This document shows, in pieces, positions 1 through 8,466 of a stretch of DNA of 64,000 bases. The DNA lies in contig OZ244065.1 of assembly GCA_965215505.1 (NCBI GenBank), forward strand, positions 2,464,001-2,528,000. The letters run 5' to 3'. The stretch comes from Capsulimonadaceae bacterium. Its GTDB lineage: Bacteria; Armatimonadota; Armatimonadia; Armatimonadales; Capsulimonadaceae. Numbering within the stretch: position 1 is the first letter of the stretch; each line of letters opens with the position of its first letter. The notes under the pieces are model-generated. The model was not told where the DNA came from. It made no database searches and saw nothing but the letters and a program-made list of their open reading frames with translations. A program made the translations under genes and the position numbers.

Positions 1-11
1 GGAAAGACCCA

Positions 12-428
12 ATGAAGCGGAAAAGGCCCAACAGGCTTGGCACAGACAGCGAACTGTTCCGATATCACTCACGCAACCTGCATTTTGTCTGCCTGACTTG
101 CCGCAAGATGTTCAACCAACCTCCTAGCTTCCGCAGGTTTGACAGCCAAAAAAGAACCGTCCAAGCAAATTGCCCGGAATGCGGCGCAGAGATGATAAAT
201 GCGGGTCGTAACTTCAAGCCGCCGCGCCGAAACAATATCAAGCAGTGGCGCAAGGTGGAGTTACTGCTACAGGGCGGGTACAAGTGGGACTACACCGTCG
301 AGCCTCGTGAGATCACGGAGGGCTTGCCGGAAGGGGCAGTGCGTGGTTGGTGTACGAACCGTATCTTTAGCGACCCCCGCGCGAAAACCTTACGGGAAGC
401 CAAGGAAGATTACCCGCCGCGTGGTTGA
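12..428 (+). CDS. hypothetical protein with zinc-ribbon (CxxC...CxxC)
   Basis: 138-aa ORF with CLTC and CPECG motifs; GGA upstream of ATG. Confidence 0.65.
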   Translation: MKRKRPNRLGTDSELFRYHSRNLHFVCLTCRKMFNQPPSFRRFDSQKRTVQANCPECGAEMINAGRNFKPPRRNNIKQWRKVELLLQGGYKWDYTVEPREITEGLPEGAVRGWCTNRIFSDPRAKTLREAKEDYPPRG

Positions 429-505
429 GACGGCAAACCCTGGTATTCCCTCGGGTAATGCCGCCGCCCGGCCCGCCCATAATAAGAACGTCTGACCCGC
501 CAATC

Positions 506-612
506 GCTGCTCGACAAAGGCAAACCTGGGGAAACGCAGGGACGCAAAGCAAAGGGCCTTCGCACACGACATCCGATGTGCATGGCTGCCTTGTTTCCGA
601 AAGTGCGAGAGC
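506..612 (+). ncRNA. cyclic di-GMP-I (GEMM-I) riboswitch aptamer
   Basis: Consensus elements in order: GGCAAACC (519-526), GAAA tetraloop (531-534), GGGACGCAAAGC (539-550), GGGCCT, ATGGCTGCC (582-590), CCGAA (597-601); boundaries approximate. Confidence 0.85.
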
Positions 613-625
613 ATCAATATAACCC

Positions 626-674
626 GCCGGACGCCCGGCCCCATTCTAGAACGGGGCCGGGCGTTTGGCATTTT
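626..674 (+). terminator. intrinsic terminator, probable riboswitch expression platform
   Basis: GCCGGACGCCCGGCCCC...GGGGCCGGGCGTTTGGC stem followed by ATTTT, between aptamer and ATG at 734. Confidence 0.7.
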
Positions 675-733
675 GAACTAGAGGGCGGCGAGACACCTGC
701 CAATAATCAGGGCATGAAGGTCTTGGTGAAGGC

Positions 734-1450
734 ATGAAGGTGATGCGGCACGCGCGGCACGCGGACAGAATCATGCGGATCGAGGGGACGCTGGCCGTGG
801 CGGGGGTGGGCGGGGGCGTCCTGCTCTGGTCGCAAGCCGCCCACCTGTCCGGCTACGGGTTCGGGGCGGCGGCGTTCCTCAGCCTGGGCGGCATCCAATC
901 GGGCGTCCGCGCCCTGCGCGCCTACAACCGCTATTCGCGCGGGACGGAGGGCGAAGACGCCGTGCTCCACGCCCTGCGCGGGCTGCCGGACGGCTACACC
1001 GCCGTCGCCAACTTCGTCGCGCCGGGCACGCGGCAGGGCGACCTGGACCTGATCGTTTTGGGGCCGGCGGGTGTTTTGGTCGTCGAAGTGAAATCCTACC
1101 AGGGCCGCTACGCCTGCCACGGCGACGCCTGGTTCGCCGTCCACGCGGACGGGACGCGCCAGCCGCTGCGCGGCAGCGTCTCGCGCCAGCTCAAGCGCGG
1201 GCGCAAGGCCGTCGCGCACTACCTAGTGGACTGCGACCTGTCCGTGCCGGTCCACGCGGTCGCCGTGTTCCGCGCGGGCGTCCGCCTGGAACTCGTTCAT
1301 CCCACCGTGCCGGTCGTCATGCAGGACGCGCTGCGGGAGTATGTGCTGGGGCTGCCTCCGGCCCCGCGCGCGGTGTCACTCCCGGAGATGGAGGGAGCAT
1401 TCGCGCCCGCGTCGCGGGCGGCTACCGTCTGGGCGGCGGGACGGGCATGA
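734..1450 (+). CDS. NERD (nuclease-related domain) protein with N-terminal TM segments
   Basis: GTEGEDAV...GDLDLIVLGPAGVLVVEVKSY PD-(D/E)xK-type NERD motif; two hydrophobic N-terminal stretches. Confidence 0.85.
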   Translation: MKVMRHARHADRIMRIEGTLAVAGVGGGVLLWSQAAHLSGYGFGAAAFLSLGGIQSGVRALRAYNRYSRGTEGEDAVLHALRGLPDGYTAVANFVAPGTRQGDLDLIVLGPAGVLVVEVKSYQGRYACHGDAWFAVHADGTRQPLRGSVSRQLKRGRKAVAHYLVDCDLSVPVHAVAVFRAGVRLELVHPTVPVVMQDALREYVLGLPPAPRAVSLPEMEGAFAPASRAATVWAAGRA

Positions 1451-1943
1451 CCGCCGGGCCGTGCGGCGGGGCGATTTTCCCCATCAGAGGGGGCGGCACC
1501 GGGGCGGGCACCCCCGCCGTGCAGGTCAGGCCGCGCGGCGGCCCGGCGGCCGGGGGCTTGGCAACCGGGGGCTTGACGGCGTGCTTTTTCGCGTGTGTCA
1601 CCGCCTGGGCCGGACTCAGCCCGTTCAGCAGGCCCGAGGCGCACGAGAGCAGGAGGACGGCGGCATGGGACAGCTTCCGGGCCAGCGTCCGGCGCGCGGC
1701 GCGCAGCCCGACGGGGCAGTCCTGGGTCAGCAGGGTGCCGTCGGCGCGGGTGTAGAAGCGGACGCAGAGGCGGCCTTCCAGGCGGCTGACGAGCGCCTGC
1801 GCCTCGCCCTCGGTCATCGCGGACAGGTTGTAGACGTTCTTGCGGCAGGTCCCGCAGAAGCGGGCCTGGTCGTCGCCTTCCATGGCGTCCCAGTCGGCAT
1901 GACAGGGCGAAGCGACTTTGAGGGTGTGGAGCGGGATCATCAC
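1422..1943 (-). CDS. hypothetical protein with Cys-rich N-terminal domain and one TM
   Basis: SPCHADWDAMEGDDQARFCGTCRKNVYNLSAMT...LCVRF motif; AAAGGA RBS; Pro-rich tail. Confidence 0.75.
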   Translation of the reverse strand: MMIPLHTLKVASPCHADWDAMEGDDQARFCGTCRKNVYNLSAMTEGEAQALVSRLEGRLCVRFYTRADGTLLTQDCPVGLRAARRTLARKLSHAAVLLLSCASGLLNGLSPAQAVTHAKKHAVKPPVAKPPAAGPPRGLTCTAGVPAPVPPPLMGKIAPPHGPAVMPVPPPRR

Positions 1944-2058
1944 GGCTTCCTTTCGGCTCTCTGCTGCGCCGCGTGGATGCGGCGTTCTGTCCGGTTAGAG
2001 CCGGCAGGGGGCGCGAGGCTTCAAGGAAAATGGCCGGCATTGGAAGTGCCGGCCGCGC

Positions 2059-3489
2059 CTACCCCCCTGAAACCATGCCCCCGATCTTGCCGTCCGGCAT
2101 CAGAGTCACCGTCCAGGTCACCGGCACCTTGCCATAAAGCGCTCGGTAGCGGTACACGCGCAGTCCGGGTGGCATCGTGAGGCCGACCAGGGTCAGCGTC
2201 TCCGGCTGGAACGCGCCCGCCGTGGCGAGGTTCTGGTTGGTCTGCGCGATGACGGCGGGCGTCAAGTCGGCGCTCATGGCCGGTGTGAAACGGGGCGCGT
2301 CGGCCTTCCCGGCAGCCAGGGCGGTCAACGCCTCCCGGACGATCTGCGTCACGGCGGGATCGTCCGCGATGGCATCTTCCTTCGCCGGGGCCAGTGCGGG
2401 GACATAGAGGCTCGCCACGGACTGCCCGAGCGGCAGGAAGGAGGGTTCCTCATCGGGGCCATCCAGGGGTGACATGTTGCTGAGGAGGATGACGGTCAGG
2501 TGATCTTCGGGGAAGCGGCCGAGGAAGCCCATCGCACCGGGCAGCTCGCCGTTGTGCCAGAGGATGCGGTGCCCGTTGAGCGTCTGGTTCACCCAGCCCA
2601 TGCCGTACTCGCTGTGCGCCCCGCCCGGCAGGGCGGGCGGCGTCCACGTCTGCGCCAGGACCGGCGGGGGGAGCAGGGTGCCGGCGGCAAGGGCCGCGTC
2701 CCATTTCACGAGGTCGCCCGCCGTGGACTGCAAGCCGCCCGCACCGGAAAGGATGGAGGGGTCGTAGACGAGGGGGTTGTTGAAGACCTTGCCGCCGAGC
2801 CGGACGTAGCCGGCGGCGCGGTTCGCGGTGATCTCCATTGGGTCGTACACCCCGGTTTCAGTCATGCCCAGGGGGCCGAAGATCCGGGCGCGCAGGAAGT
2901 CGCCATAAGGGCCGCCGCTCGCCTTCTCGATGATCCCCGCCAGCAGGTTGTAGTTCATGTTGCTGTAGGCGAAGCGTGAGCCGGGCGCGAACGCGAGCGG
3001 CTTGACGGCGGCGCGCTGGGCGACCTCCGTGACCGTGTACGTTTTGAGCAGCGGGTCCTTGTCGGGGTTCGGGACCCACTCCGGGATGCCCGAGGTCTGG
3101 TTGAGGAGCTGCCGGACGGTGACGCCGCGCCAGGTCTTCGGCAGGCCGTCTATATACTTGCCGGCCGCATCGTCCAGGCCGACCTTGCCGTCCTGGGCCA
3201 GCAGCATGATTCCGGTGGCGGTGAACTGCTTGCTCATCGAGGCCAGCATGTAGACTGTGGCCGGCGTAGCGGGGACGGACGATTCGAGGTTCGCCATGCC
3301 GTAGCCCTGCTCCTTGACGACCCTGCCTCCCTGCACAACTGCGACTGTCAGGCCGGGGATGTGGCGCTTCGCCATCTCCGCCTTCAAATAGTCATCCACC
3401 CTGTCCGCGCGCGTCATCCCCGGTGCCCCGAGCAGGGCCGTCATCGCCAGCAGGCCCGCCGTCAGGGCCGTCGTTTTTCGCAGCTGCAT
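2059..3489 (-). CDS. serine hydrolase, beta-lactamase/AmpC-like family, secreted
   Basis: Signal peptide; SMSK (SxxK), YSN and HNG motifs. Confidence 0.9.
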   Translation of the reverse strand: MQLRKTTALTAGLLAMTALLGAPGMTRADRVDDYLKAEMAKRHIPGLTVAVVQGGRVVKEQGYGMANLESSVPATPATVYMLASMSKQFTATGIMLLAQDGKVGLDDAAGKYIDGLPKTWRGVTVRQLLNQTSGIPEWVPNPDKDPLLKTYTVTEVAQRAAVKPLAFAPGSRFAYSNMNYNLLAGIIEKASGGPYGDFLRARIFGPLGMTETGVYDPMEITANRAAGYVRLGGKVFNNPLVYDPSILSGAGGLQSTAGDLVKWDAALAAGTLLPPPVLAQTWTPPALPGGAHSEYGMGWVNQTLNGHRILWHNGELPGAMGFLGRFPEDHLTVILLSNMSPLDGPDEEPSFLPLGQSVASLYVPALAPAKEDAIADDPAVTQIVREALTALAAGKADAPRFTPAMSADLTPAVIAQTNQNLATAGAFQPETLTLVGLTMPPGLRVYRYRALYGKVPVTWTVTLMPDGKIGGMVSGG

Positions 3490-4054
3490 CCGTCTTCCTC
3501 TTTCCTTCCGTCATGTCGCGAGAATGAATGAGAACGCCGAGTGAGACGCGCCGGGCGTCCGGCGCTTCAGAGCCTCTGGTCTGGAAATCCTCGAACAGAG
3601 CCTTGACCCGCCGCGCGAACTCGCGGCACGCCTCCGCATCCAGCGGCAGGGTCAGGTGGAAGCCCATCTGAAGCTCGCCGGCCAGCCCGCCGGACTCCTG
3701 CCAGTCGCTCCGGTACAGGTCCAGGGCGGAGGTCAGGACCATTTCGAGTGGGGGCGAGTCGCCGCCCAGTGTGGGCGGCGGGGCGAGGAACCGGCGGCCC
3801 GCCGCCCGGTACAGCTTCTCGGTGATCGGCCCCTTCTGGCGCGTGTGGTCCAGGACGATCAGCCCGGCATCGAGCAGCCGCTTGGTGTGAAAATAGAGCT
3901 TGCCGCTCTGCTCCCCCAGCGCGGCGGCGATCTCCTCATTGGTACGAGGCCCGTCCGCAAGCGTATCCAGGATACGCAGCCGGATCGGGTTTGAAAAAGC
4001 TTTCCACTGAGCGGGCGTCCGAAGCTCGAAAATGTCCGGTACGTCGTTAGCCAT
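3392..4054 (-). CDS. ArsR-family winged-HTH transcriptional regulator
   Basis: KAFSNPIRLRIL...YFHTKRLLDAGLI...EKLYRA; start placed at 4054 downstream of the promoter. Confidence 0.85.
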   Translation of the reverse strand: MANDVPDIFELRTPAQWKAFSNPIRLRILDTLADGPRTNEEIAAALGEQSGKLYFHTKRLLDAGLIVLDHTRQKGPITEKLYRAAGRRFLAPPPTLGGDSPPLEMVLTSALDLYRSDWQESGGLAGELQMGFHLTLPLDAEACREFARRVKALFEDFQTRGSEAPDARRVSLGVLIHSRDMTEGKRKTDAAAKNDGPDGGPAGDDGPARGTGDDARGQGG

Positions 4055-4072
4055 AATTTTACCTGCCGCCAT

Positions 4073-4101
4073 ATTATACTATGGCGCAAGCGAAATGTCA
4101 A
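4073..4101 (-). promoter_or_regulatory. sigma70-type promoter
   Basis: Perfect TTGACA-17nt-TATAAT on minus strand upstream of the ArsR/serine hydrolase pair. Confidence 0.85.
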
Positions 4102-4129
4102 GACCAGCGCGGTTATTTTCGGGACTGTT

Positions 4130-5122
4130 TTACGCCCCAGCCGGCTGGACGCCCTCGGTGAAGATCTGCCGGATGATCTCCTCGGCTTCCACCTCATCAA
4201 TGGCGATGTCAGCGACGGGGAGGCGGGCGAGGACGGCCCCGGCGACCTGGGCGCTCAGGGCGCGCGGGACCTCAAGCGTGCCGTGCCCCCCATCGAATGA
4301 GACGACTTTGCCGAAGGCGGCCAGGGCGAGCTGAGACACAGGCCGCTCGAAGGTCAGCCGGAGCAGCTTGCTGTCCGAGTAGCGGGCGACCAGCCCGTCC
4401 AGCCGGTCGTCGAAGACGACCGCGCCGTGGTCGATGATGATGACCCGGTCGCACAATTCCTGGATGTCCTGCATGTAGTGGGAGGTGAGGATGATCGTGC
4501 TGCCTTCGCGCTCCTGGAAGGTCTTCAGGAACTCGCGGATGCGCTTCTGCGAAACCACGTCCAGGCCGATGGTCGGCTCATCCAGGAAGACGACCTTGGG
4601 GGCGTAGAGCAGCGCGGCCACCAGCTCGCACTTCATCCGCTCGCCCAGCGACAGCTTGCGGACCTGCGTGTTCAGCAGCGGCCCGAGTTCCAGCAGGTCG
4701 GTCAGTTCGGACACGCGCCTTTGGTAGACCTCATCGGGCAACTCATAGATCTCCTTGAGCAGCAGGAACGAGTCGAGGGCGGGCAGGTCCCACCAGAGCT
4801 GGTTCTTCTGGCCCATGACGAGCGAGATCTGCCGCAGGTACGGGTTCCGCCGCTCCCAGGGCGTGTAGCCCAGCACGCTGGCCCGGCCCGAGGTGGGGAA
4901 CAGGATGCCGGAGAGCATTTTCAGCGTGGTCGTCTTCCCCGCCCCGTTCGGCCCAAGGAACCCGACGATCTCCCCCGGCTCGATGCTGAACGAGACGCCC
5001 TTGACGGCCTGCACCGAGACGGTCTGGCGCGTGTAGAGGGACCGGAGGGTCCCTTTGAGGCCGGGGTCTTTCTTGAGAGAGGTGAATGTCTTGGCAAGGT
5101 CTTCGACCTGGATGACGGGCAT
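4130..5122 (-). CDS. ABC transporter ATP-binding protein (ABC-2 type)
   Basis: Walker A GPNGAGKTT, signature LSLGERMK, Walker B FLDEPT, H-loop TSH. Confidence 0.95.
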   Translation of the reverse strand: MPVIQVEDLAKTFTSLKKDPGLKGTLRSLYTRQTVSVQAVKGVSFSIEPGEIVGFLGPNGAGKTTTLKMLSGILFPTSGRASVLGYTPWERRNPYLRQISLVMGQKNQLWWDLPALDSFLLLKEIYELPDEVYQRRVSELTDLLELGPLLNTQVRKLSLGERMKCELVAALLYAPKVVFLDEPTIGLDVVSQKRIREFLKTFQEREGSTIILTSHYMQDIQELCDRVIIIDHGAVVFDDRLDGLVARYSDSKLLRLTFERPVSQLALAAFGKVVSFDGGHGTLEVPRALSAQVAGAVLARLPVADIAIDEVEAEEIIRQIFTEGVQPAGA

Positions 5123-5200
5123 GGAAAGAGTGTACCCGAAGGCACCGTGTCCGGGCGTGGCCCCCGCGTCGGAGGAGGAGAGGGAAGGAGAGGAGGAAAG

Positions 5201-5224
5201 AGGGCGGGGGGACCCCGCCCCTAC
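5201..5224 (-). repeat. REP element GTAGGGGCGGGGTCCCCCCGCCCT
   Basis: Exact copy; its TAG is the stop codon of the RAYT gene. Confidence 0.9.
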
Positions 5225-5775
5225 GAAGGGGGTTGATTTCTGGGGTTGTCCGCATCTTCTCCCCAGCGGGCCGGGCTATGCGTGATGTAGGCCCGCGCCC
5301 TGTCAAGCATTGCCTCGCTGCGGATGATTCTGTCGTAATAGCTGCGTTGCCAAATCCGTGTACCGGGCGTCTTACGCGCCGCGTTGATCCGCTTGCTGGT
5401 CTGGTACTTCCAGTAGGCGATGATCGCCCCCAACGTCGGTTTTGCCTTACCCTGTAGGGGCGGGGTCCCCCCGCCCTCCTCTCCTTCTTCCCTTGTTCCG
5501 CCTTCGTCCCTAATGACGATGATGCCGTGCAGATGGTTTGGCATGACGATGGAGGCATCCAGGTCCACCGTGGGCCAATGCTCTGCGATCTGCTCCCAGA
5601 CCTCACCCGCGACCTGACCCCACCCGTTGATAGTCATCTGCCCGTCAACGATACCGCCGAGCGAACACTCGCGATGTTCAATGCAGACGGTCACGAAGTA
5701 CGCCCCCGCCTCGGCATAATCGTAGTCCTTCACCCGAATGCTGTGGCGGTGATGCCTCTCAGGGTTGTACGCCAT
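5221..5775 (-). CDS. REP-associated tyrosine transposase (RAYT, IS200-like Y1 HUH)
   Basis: GAYFVTVC, VMPNHLHGII (HUH), WQRSYYDRIIR, YITHSP motifs; flanked by GTAG REPs; AAGGAGG RBS. Confidence 0.92.
   Translation of the reverse strand: MAYNPERHHRHSIRVKDYDYAEAGAYFVTVCIEHRECSLGGIVDGQMTINGWGQVAGEVWEQIAEHWPTVDLDASIVMPNHLHGIIVIRDEGGTREEGEEGGGTPPLQGKAKPTLGAIIAYWKYQTSKRINAARKTPGTRIWQRSYYDRIIRSEAMLDRARAYITHSPARWGEDADNPRNQPPS
5454..5477 (+). repeat. REP element inside RAYT coding sequence
   Basis: Exact REP copy, translated as EGGGTPPLQ in the RAYT frame. Confidence 0.9.
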
Positions 5776-5800
5776 ACTGCTTCCCTCCTTAGATCGCCGC

Positions 5801-5827
5801 GTAGGGGCGGGGTCCCCCCGCCCCTAC
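5801..5827. repeat. double-ended REP (GTAG...CTAC)
   Basis: GTAGGGGCGGGGTCCCCCCGCCCCTAC has GTAG on both strands, just upstream of RAYT. Confidence 0.9.
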
Positions 5828-5858
5828 GGGTCAAGGCAGGCGATGGCAGCCAGTGTCG

Positions 5859-6968
5859 TCACGTCCAGTACAGTACCCGCCCCTGCGGGAAGCGGCGGGC
5901 GATCTCGGACGTGAAGAACGCCTTCAGCGTCTTCATCATGTCGTTCGGGTAGACGTACTTGACGCCGCCGAACTTGTTGCGCTTCTCGCTCCGGGTTTCC
6001 TCGGTCATGTCCAGGCTGGTCTTGGGATACCAGCCTTGCAAGACCTCCTTGGAGCCGGGCGTGAAGCGGTGCGTGATCAGCTCGAAGGTGATGTCGGGGG
6101 CGAAGCCGACGGCGGCCTGGGCATCGTCCAGGAGCTGGCTGTAGTGCTGCTCCCAGTCGTCTACGGGGATGATCGGGGCGATGACCAGGCCGACGGGGTA
6201 GCCGCCGCCTCCCTCCGAGCGCGGCAGGGCCAGGCGGCGCAGGGCGTGGAGCCGGGCCGCGACGGGCGCGACGCCGCCCTCCAGCCGGCGGGCGACGGGG
6301 TCGGCGTTGACCGAGGCGCGGGGCCGCGTGTGTCCGTTGTGCGGCAGGTCCAGCAGCGGCTCGACGGCGTCGAACTTGGTGGTGTAGCGCAGGTAAGCGT
6401 TCTCGCGGGTCCCGAACCAGCGGATCGTCTCGGCGAGGCTGCCGGTCAAGTGTTCAAGGGAGAGCGGGTCGGTGTAGCAGGACGCCTCAAAGGTCGTCCC
6501 CGCCGCCTCGTTGCGGCCCACGCCGGGCTTCTCATAGTTCGCGAGGTTGTCCAGAATGCTCGGAAGGTTGGCGAAGGCGCGGATGACCGGCGGCCCGGCG
6601 AGGCTGCCGGCGAGGTAACAATACTGGCAGTGGGCGGGACAGCCCTCCGCCAGATGGAACTGCCAGTCGGCGGAGGGAGGGATGGGCTGGAGCTTGGCCG
6701 CGCTCGGCGCGGCGGCGACCACGGCCAGAGTCCGCTTGGCCTTGTTGTAAGTGGCGCGCTCGTCCTCCCCGCGCAGACCGGTCAGCCGGTTCTGCTTAAG
6801 GACTTCGGTCGGGACGCCCAATGCCTCGACGCGCGCTTTGATCTGCCGCCCCCAGGGCTGTTCCAGGGCTGCGGGAGTGAACTGCGCCTGCTGAGGCATC
6901 CACAGGCGGGGCTTGGCGGGGGCCGCCGGGGGGACTGTTTCGGGCTTGTCTAGCATCACGAGTGTCAT
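5859..6968 (-). CDS. spore photoproduct lyase family radical SAM protein
   Basis: GCPAHCQYCYL CxxxCxxC; FEASCYTDPL; GYPVGLVIAPI; FELITHRFT; KFGGVKYVY. Confidence 0.88.
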   Translation of the reverse strand: MTLVMLDKPETVPPAAPAKPRLWMPQQAQFTPAALEQPWGRQIKARVEALGVPTEVLKQNRLTGLRGEDERATYNKAKRTLAVVAAAPSAAKLQPIPPSADWQFHLAEGCPAHCQYCYLAGSLAGPPVIRAFANLPSILDNLANYEKPGVGRNEAAGTTFEASCYTDPLSLEHLTGSLAETIRWFGTRENAYLRYTTKFDAVEPLLDLPHNGHTRPRASVNADPVARRLEGGVAPVAARLHALRRLALPRSEGGGGYPVGLVIAPIIPVDDWEQHYSQLLDDAQAAVGFAPDITFELITHRFTPGSKEVLQGWYPKTSLDMTEETRSEKRNKFGGVKYVYPNDMMKTLKAFFTSEIARRFPQGRVLYWT

Positions 6969-7029
6969 GCTATTTGAACACCTGCGGGGGTGGGGACGTT
7001 CCGAAAATGGTTAGAAAATGGGTCAATTT

Positions 7030-7827
7030 CTAGCTGCTCGCGCTCGAATAGGCGCGGGTCGCGTGCCGCCAGAATAAGACGCTCAGGCCGAAGAAGCCCG
7101 CCGCCATCAGGGGACCGGCCAGCAGGGCGGAGGCGAGCAAGGGGCGGGTGAGCGCCTGCACCGGGACGGCGGCGAGGAAGGCCAGCGGCAGAATATAGGT
7201 CAGGAAGAACTGTGCGCCCGGCCCGAAGGCGCGGAAGACGTCTATGGGTGTGCGGCTGACGCCGAACACGGTGTCCAGGGCGACGAACAGGTTGTCCAGG
7301 CGGACCAGCCAGAACGAGAGCGTCATGGTCAGCAGGCTGAGAGAATAGAACAGGACGACGCCGCAGAGCAGCAGGAAGAGGTAGGCGGCCACCTGCATTG
7401 GGGCGGGAAGGGCGGGCAGGCGCGACAGGCCGTAGCCGAGCAGGCCGACCGCGCCGACGAGATGCCCCAGGTTGTCCAGGGAGACGTAGCGCAGGGACAC
7501 GAAGAACTGGCTGTTGACGGGCCGCAGCAAGGTGAAATCCATCGTCCCCAGACGGATCTGGTTGGGCAGGTCGGAGAGGTTCTGGTAGAACAAAGTGTCC
7601 GCCACGCCGCGCAGGGCGGAGTAGGTGCCGATCAGGAGGAACATCTGCCCCTCGCTCCACCCGGCGACTGAGTGCGTGTTGACGTAGATCAGCTTCAGGA
7701 ACAGAATGAGGGAGAAGAGCCAGCCGAGGTTGGTGGCGATGCCAGCCCAGAAGTTGGCGCGGAACTCGACCGCCTGGCGCAGACAGTTGCGCCAGAAGGC
7801 GATGTACAGGCGGAAGTGGCGGATCAT
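7030..7827 (-). CDS. ABC-2 family transporter permease (DUF990-like)
   Basis: EFRANF, AGWS, IRLGTMDFTLLRPV, YSSASS motifs; multiple TMs. Confidence 0.9.
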   Translation of the reverse strand: MIRHFRLYIAFWRNCLRQAVEFRANFWAGIATNLGWLFSLILFLKLIYVNTHSVAGWSEGQMFLLIGTYSALRGVADTLFYQNLSDLPNQIRLGTMDFTLLRPVNSQFFVSLRYVSLDNLGHLVGAVGLLGYGLSRLPALPAPMQVAAYLFLLLCGVVLFYSLSLLTMTLSFWLVRLDNLFVALDTVFGVSRTPIDVFRAFGPGAQFFLTYILPLAFLAAVPVQALTRPLLASALLAGPLMAAGFFGLSVLFWRHATRAYSSASS

Positions 7828-8007
7828 ACCAGTGATCTTACCTGATTTGTCCGGCGTTGGCGATGCTGATGTTTAGACCAAACAGGCGCGGGGAACATAC
7901 AGGCTGGCGATATTAGTGTCCGCCGCACAAACAAGAACTTAGAACGAACGCATCGGATGGCGTCGTAACACTACAGGGATGTGACTCTTGCTTGGAGGAA
8001 ACGACAG

Positions 8008-8289
8008 ATGCTTATCTCGATTATCATGTGGCTCGTGGTCGGCTTCCTTGCCGGCCTTCTGGCGAAAGCCATCGTCCCTGGCCCCGCCGAGAAGCCGAGC
8101 GGCTTCCTGGGCACGGCCATCCTGGGCATCGTCGGCGCGATCGTCGGCGGGTTCATCTACTTCCTGGTGTCGGGCGGCAACCGGGGCTTCACGACCCATT
8201 TTGACCTGCCAAGCATTCTGTGGGCGACCCTCGGCGCTGTAGTCGTAGTCGCCATCGAGCGGGCTATCGCCGGCCGCCGCACGATCTAG
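8008..8289 (+). CDS. GlsB/YeaQ/YmgE family stress-response membrane protein
   Basis: WLVVGFLAGLLAKAIVPG...LGIVGAIVGG; GGAGG RBS before ATG 8008. Confidence 0.9.
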   Translation: MLISIIMWLVVGFLAGLLAKAIVPGPAEKPSGFLGTAILGIVGAIVGGFIYFLVSGGNRGFTTHFDLPSILWATLGAVVVVAIERAIAGRRTI

Positions 8290-8322
8290 GACGAACCTGG
8301 AGCGGAACTGAAAAAGCGAAAC

Positions 8323-8356
8323 GAGCCGGGGGCCTTTGCAGGCCCCCGGCTTTTTT
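8323..8356 (+). terminator. intrinsic terminator
   Basis: GAGCCGGGGGCCT-ttgc-AGGCCCCCGGC followed by T6. Confidence 0.8.
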
Positions 8357-8378
8357 GCTGGCAGTAGGAAAGAGAAGG

Positions 8379-8437
8379 AGGGCGGGGGGACCCCGCCCCT
8401 ACATAGACACCATAGGGGGAGGGCTTGCCCCTACCCT
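8379..8437. repeat. REP doublet (exact minus-strand REP plus degenerate plus-strand REP)
   Basis: 8379-8402 exact reverse REP; 9-nt gap; 8412-8437 ATAGGGGGAGGGCTTGCCCCTACCCT degenerate. Confidence 0.75.
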
Positions 8438-8466
8438 CTTAATCACTGCCCATCATACCGCCCGCC

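Noticed and set aside
6969-7005. ECF-type GGAAC promoters upstream of SPL, glsB and the cytochrome
   Set aside because: GGAAC is present, but spacing and -10 elements are inconsistent across sites
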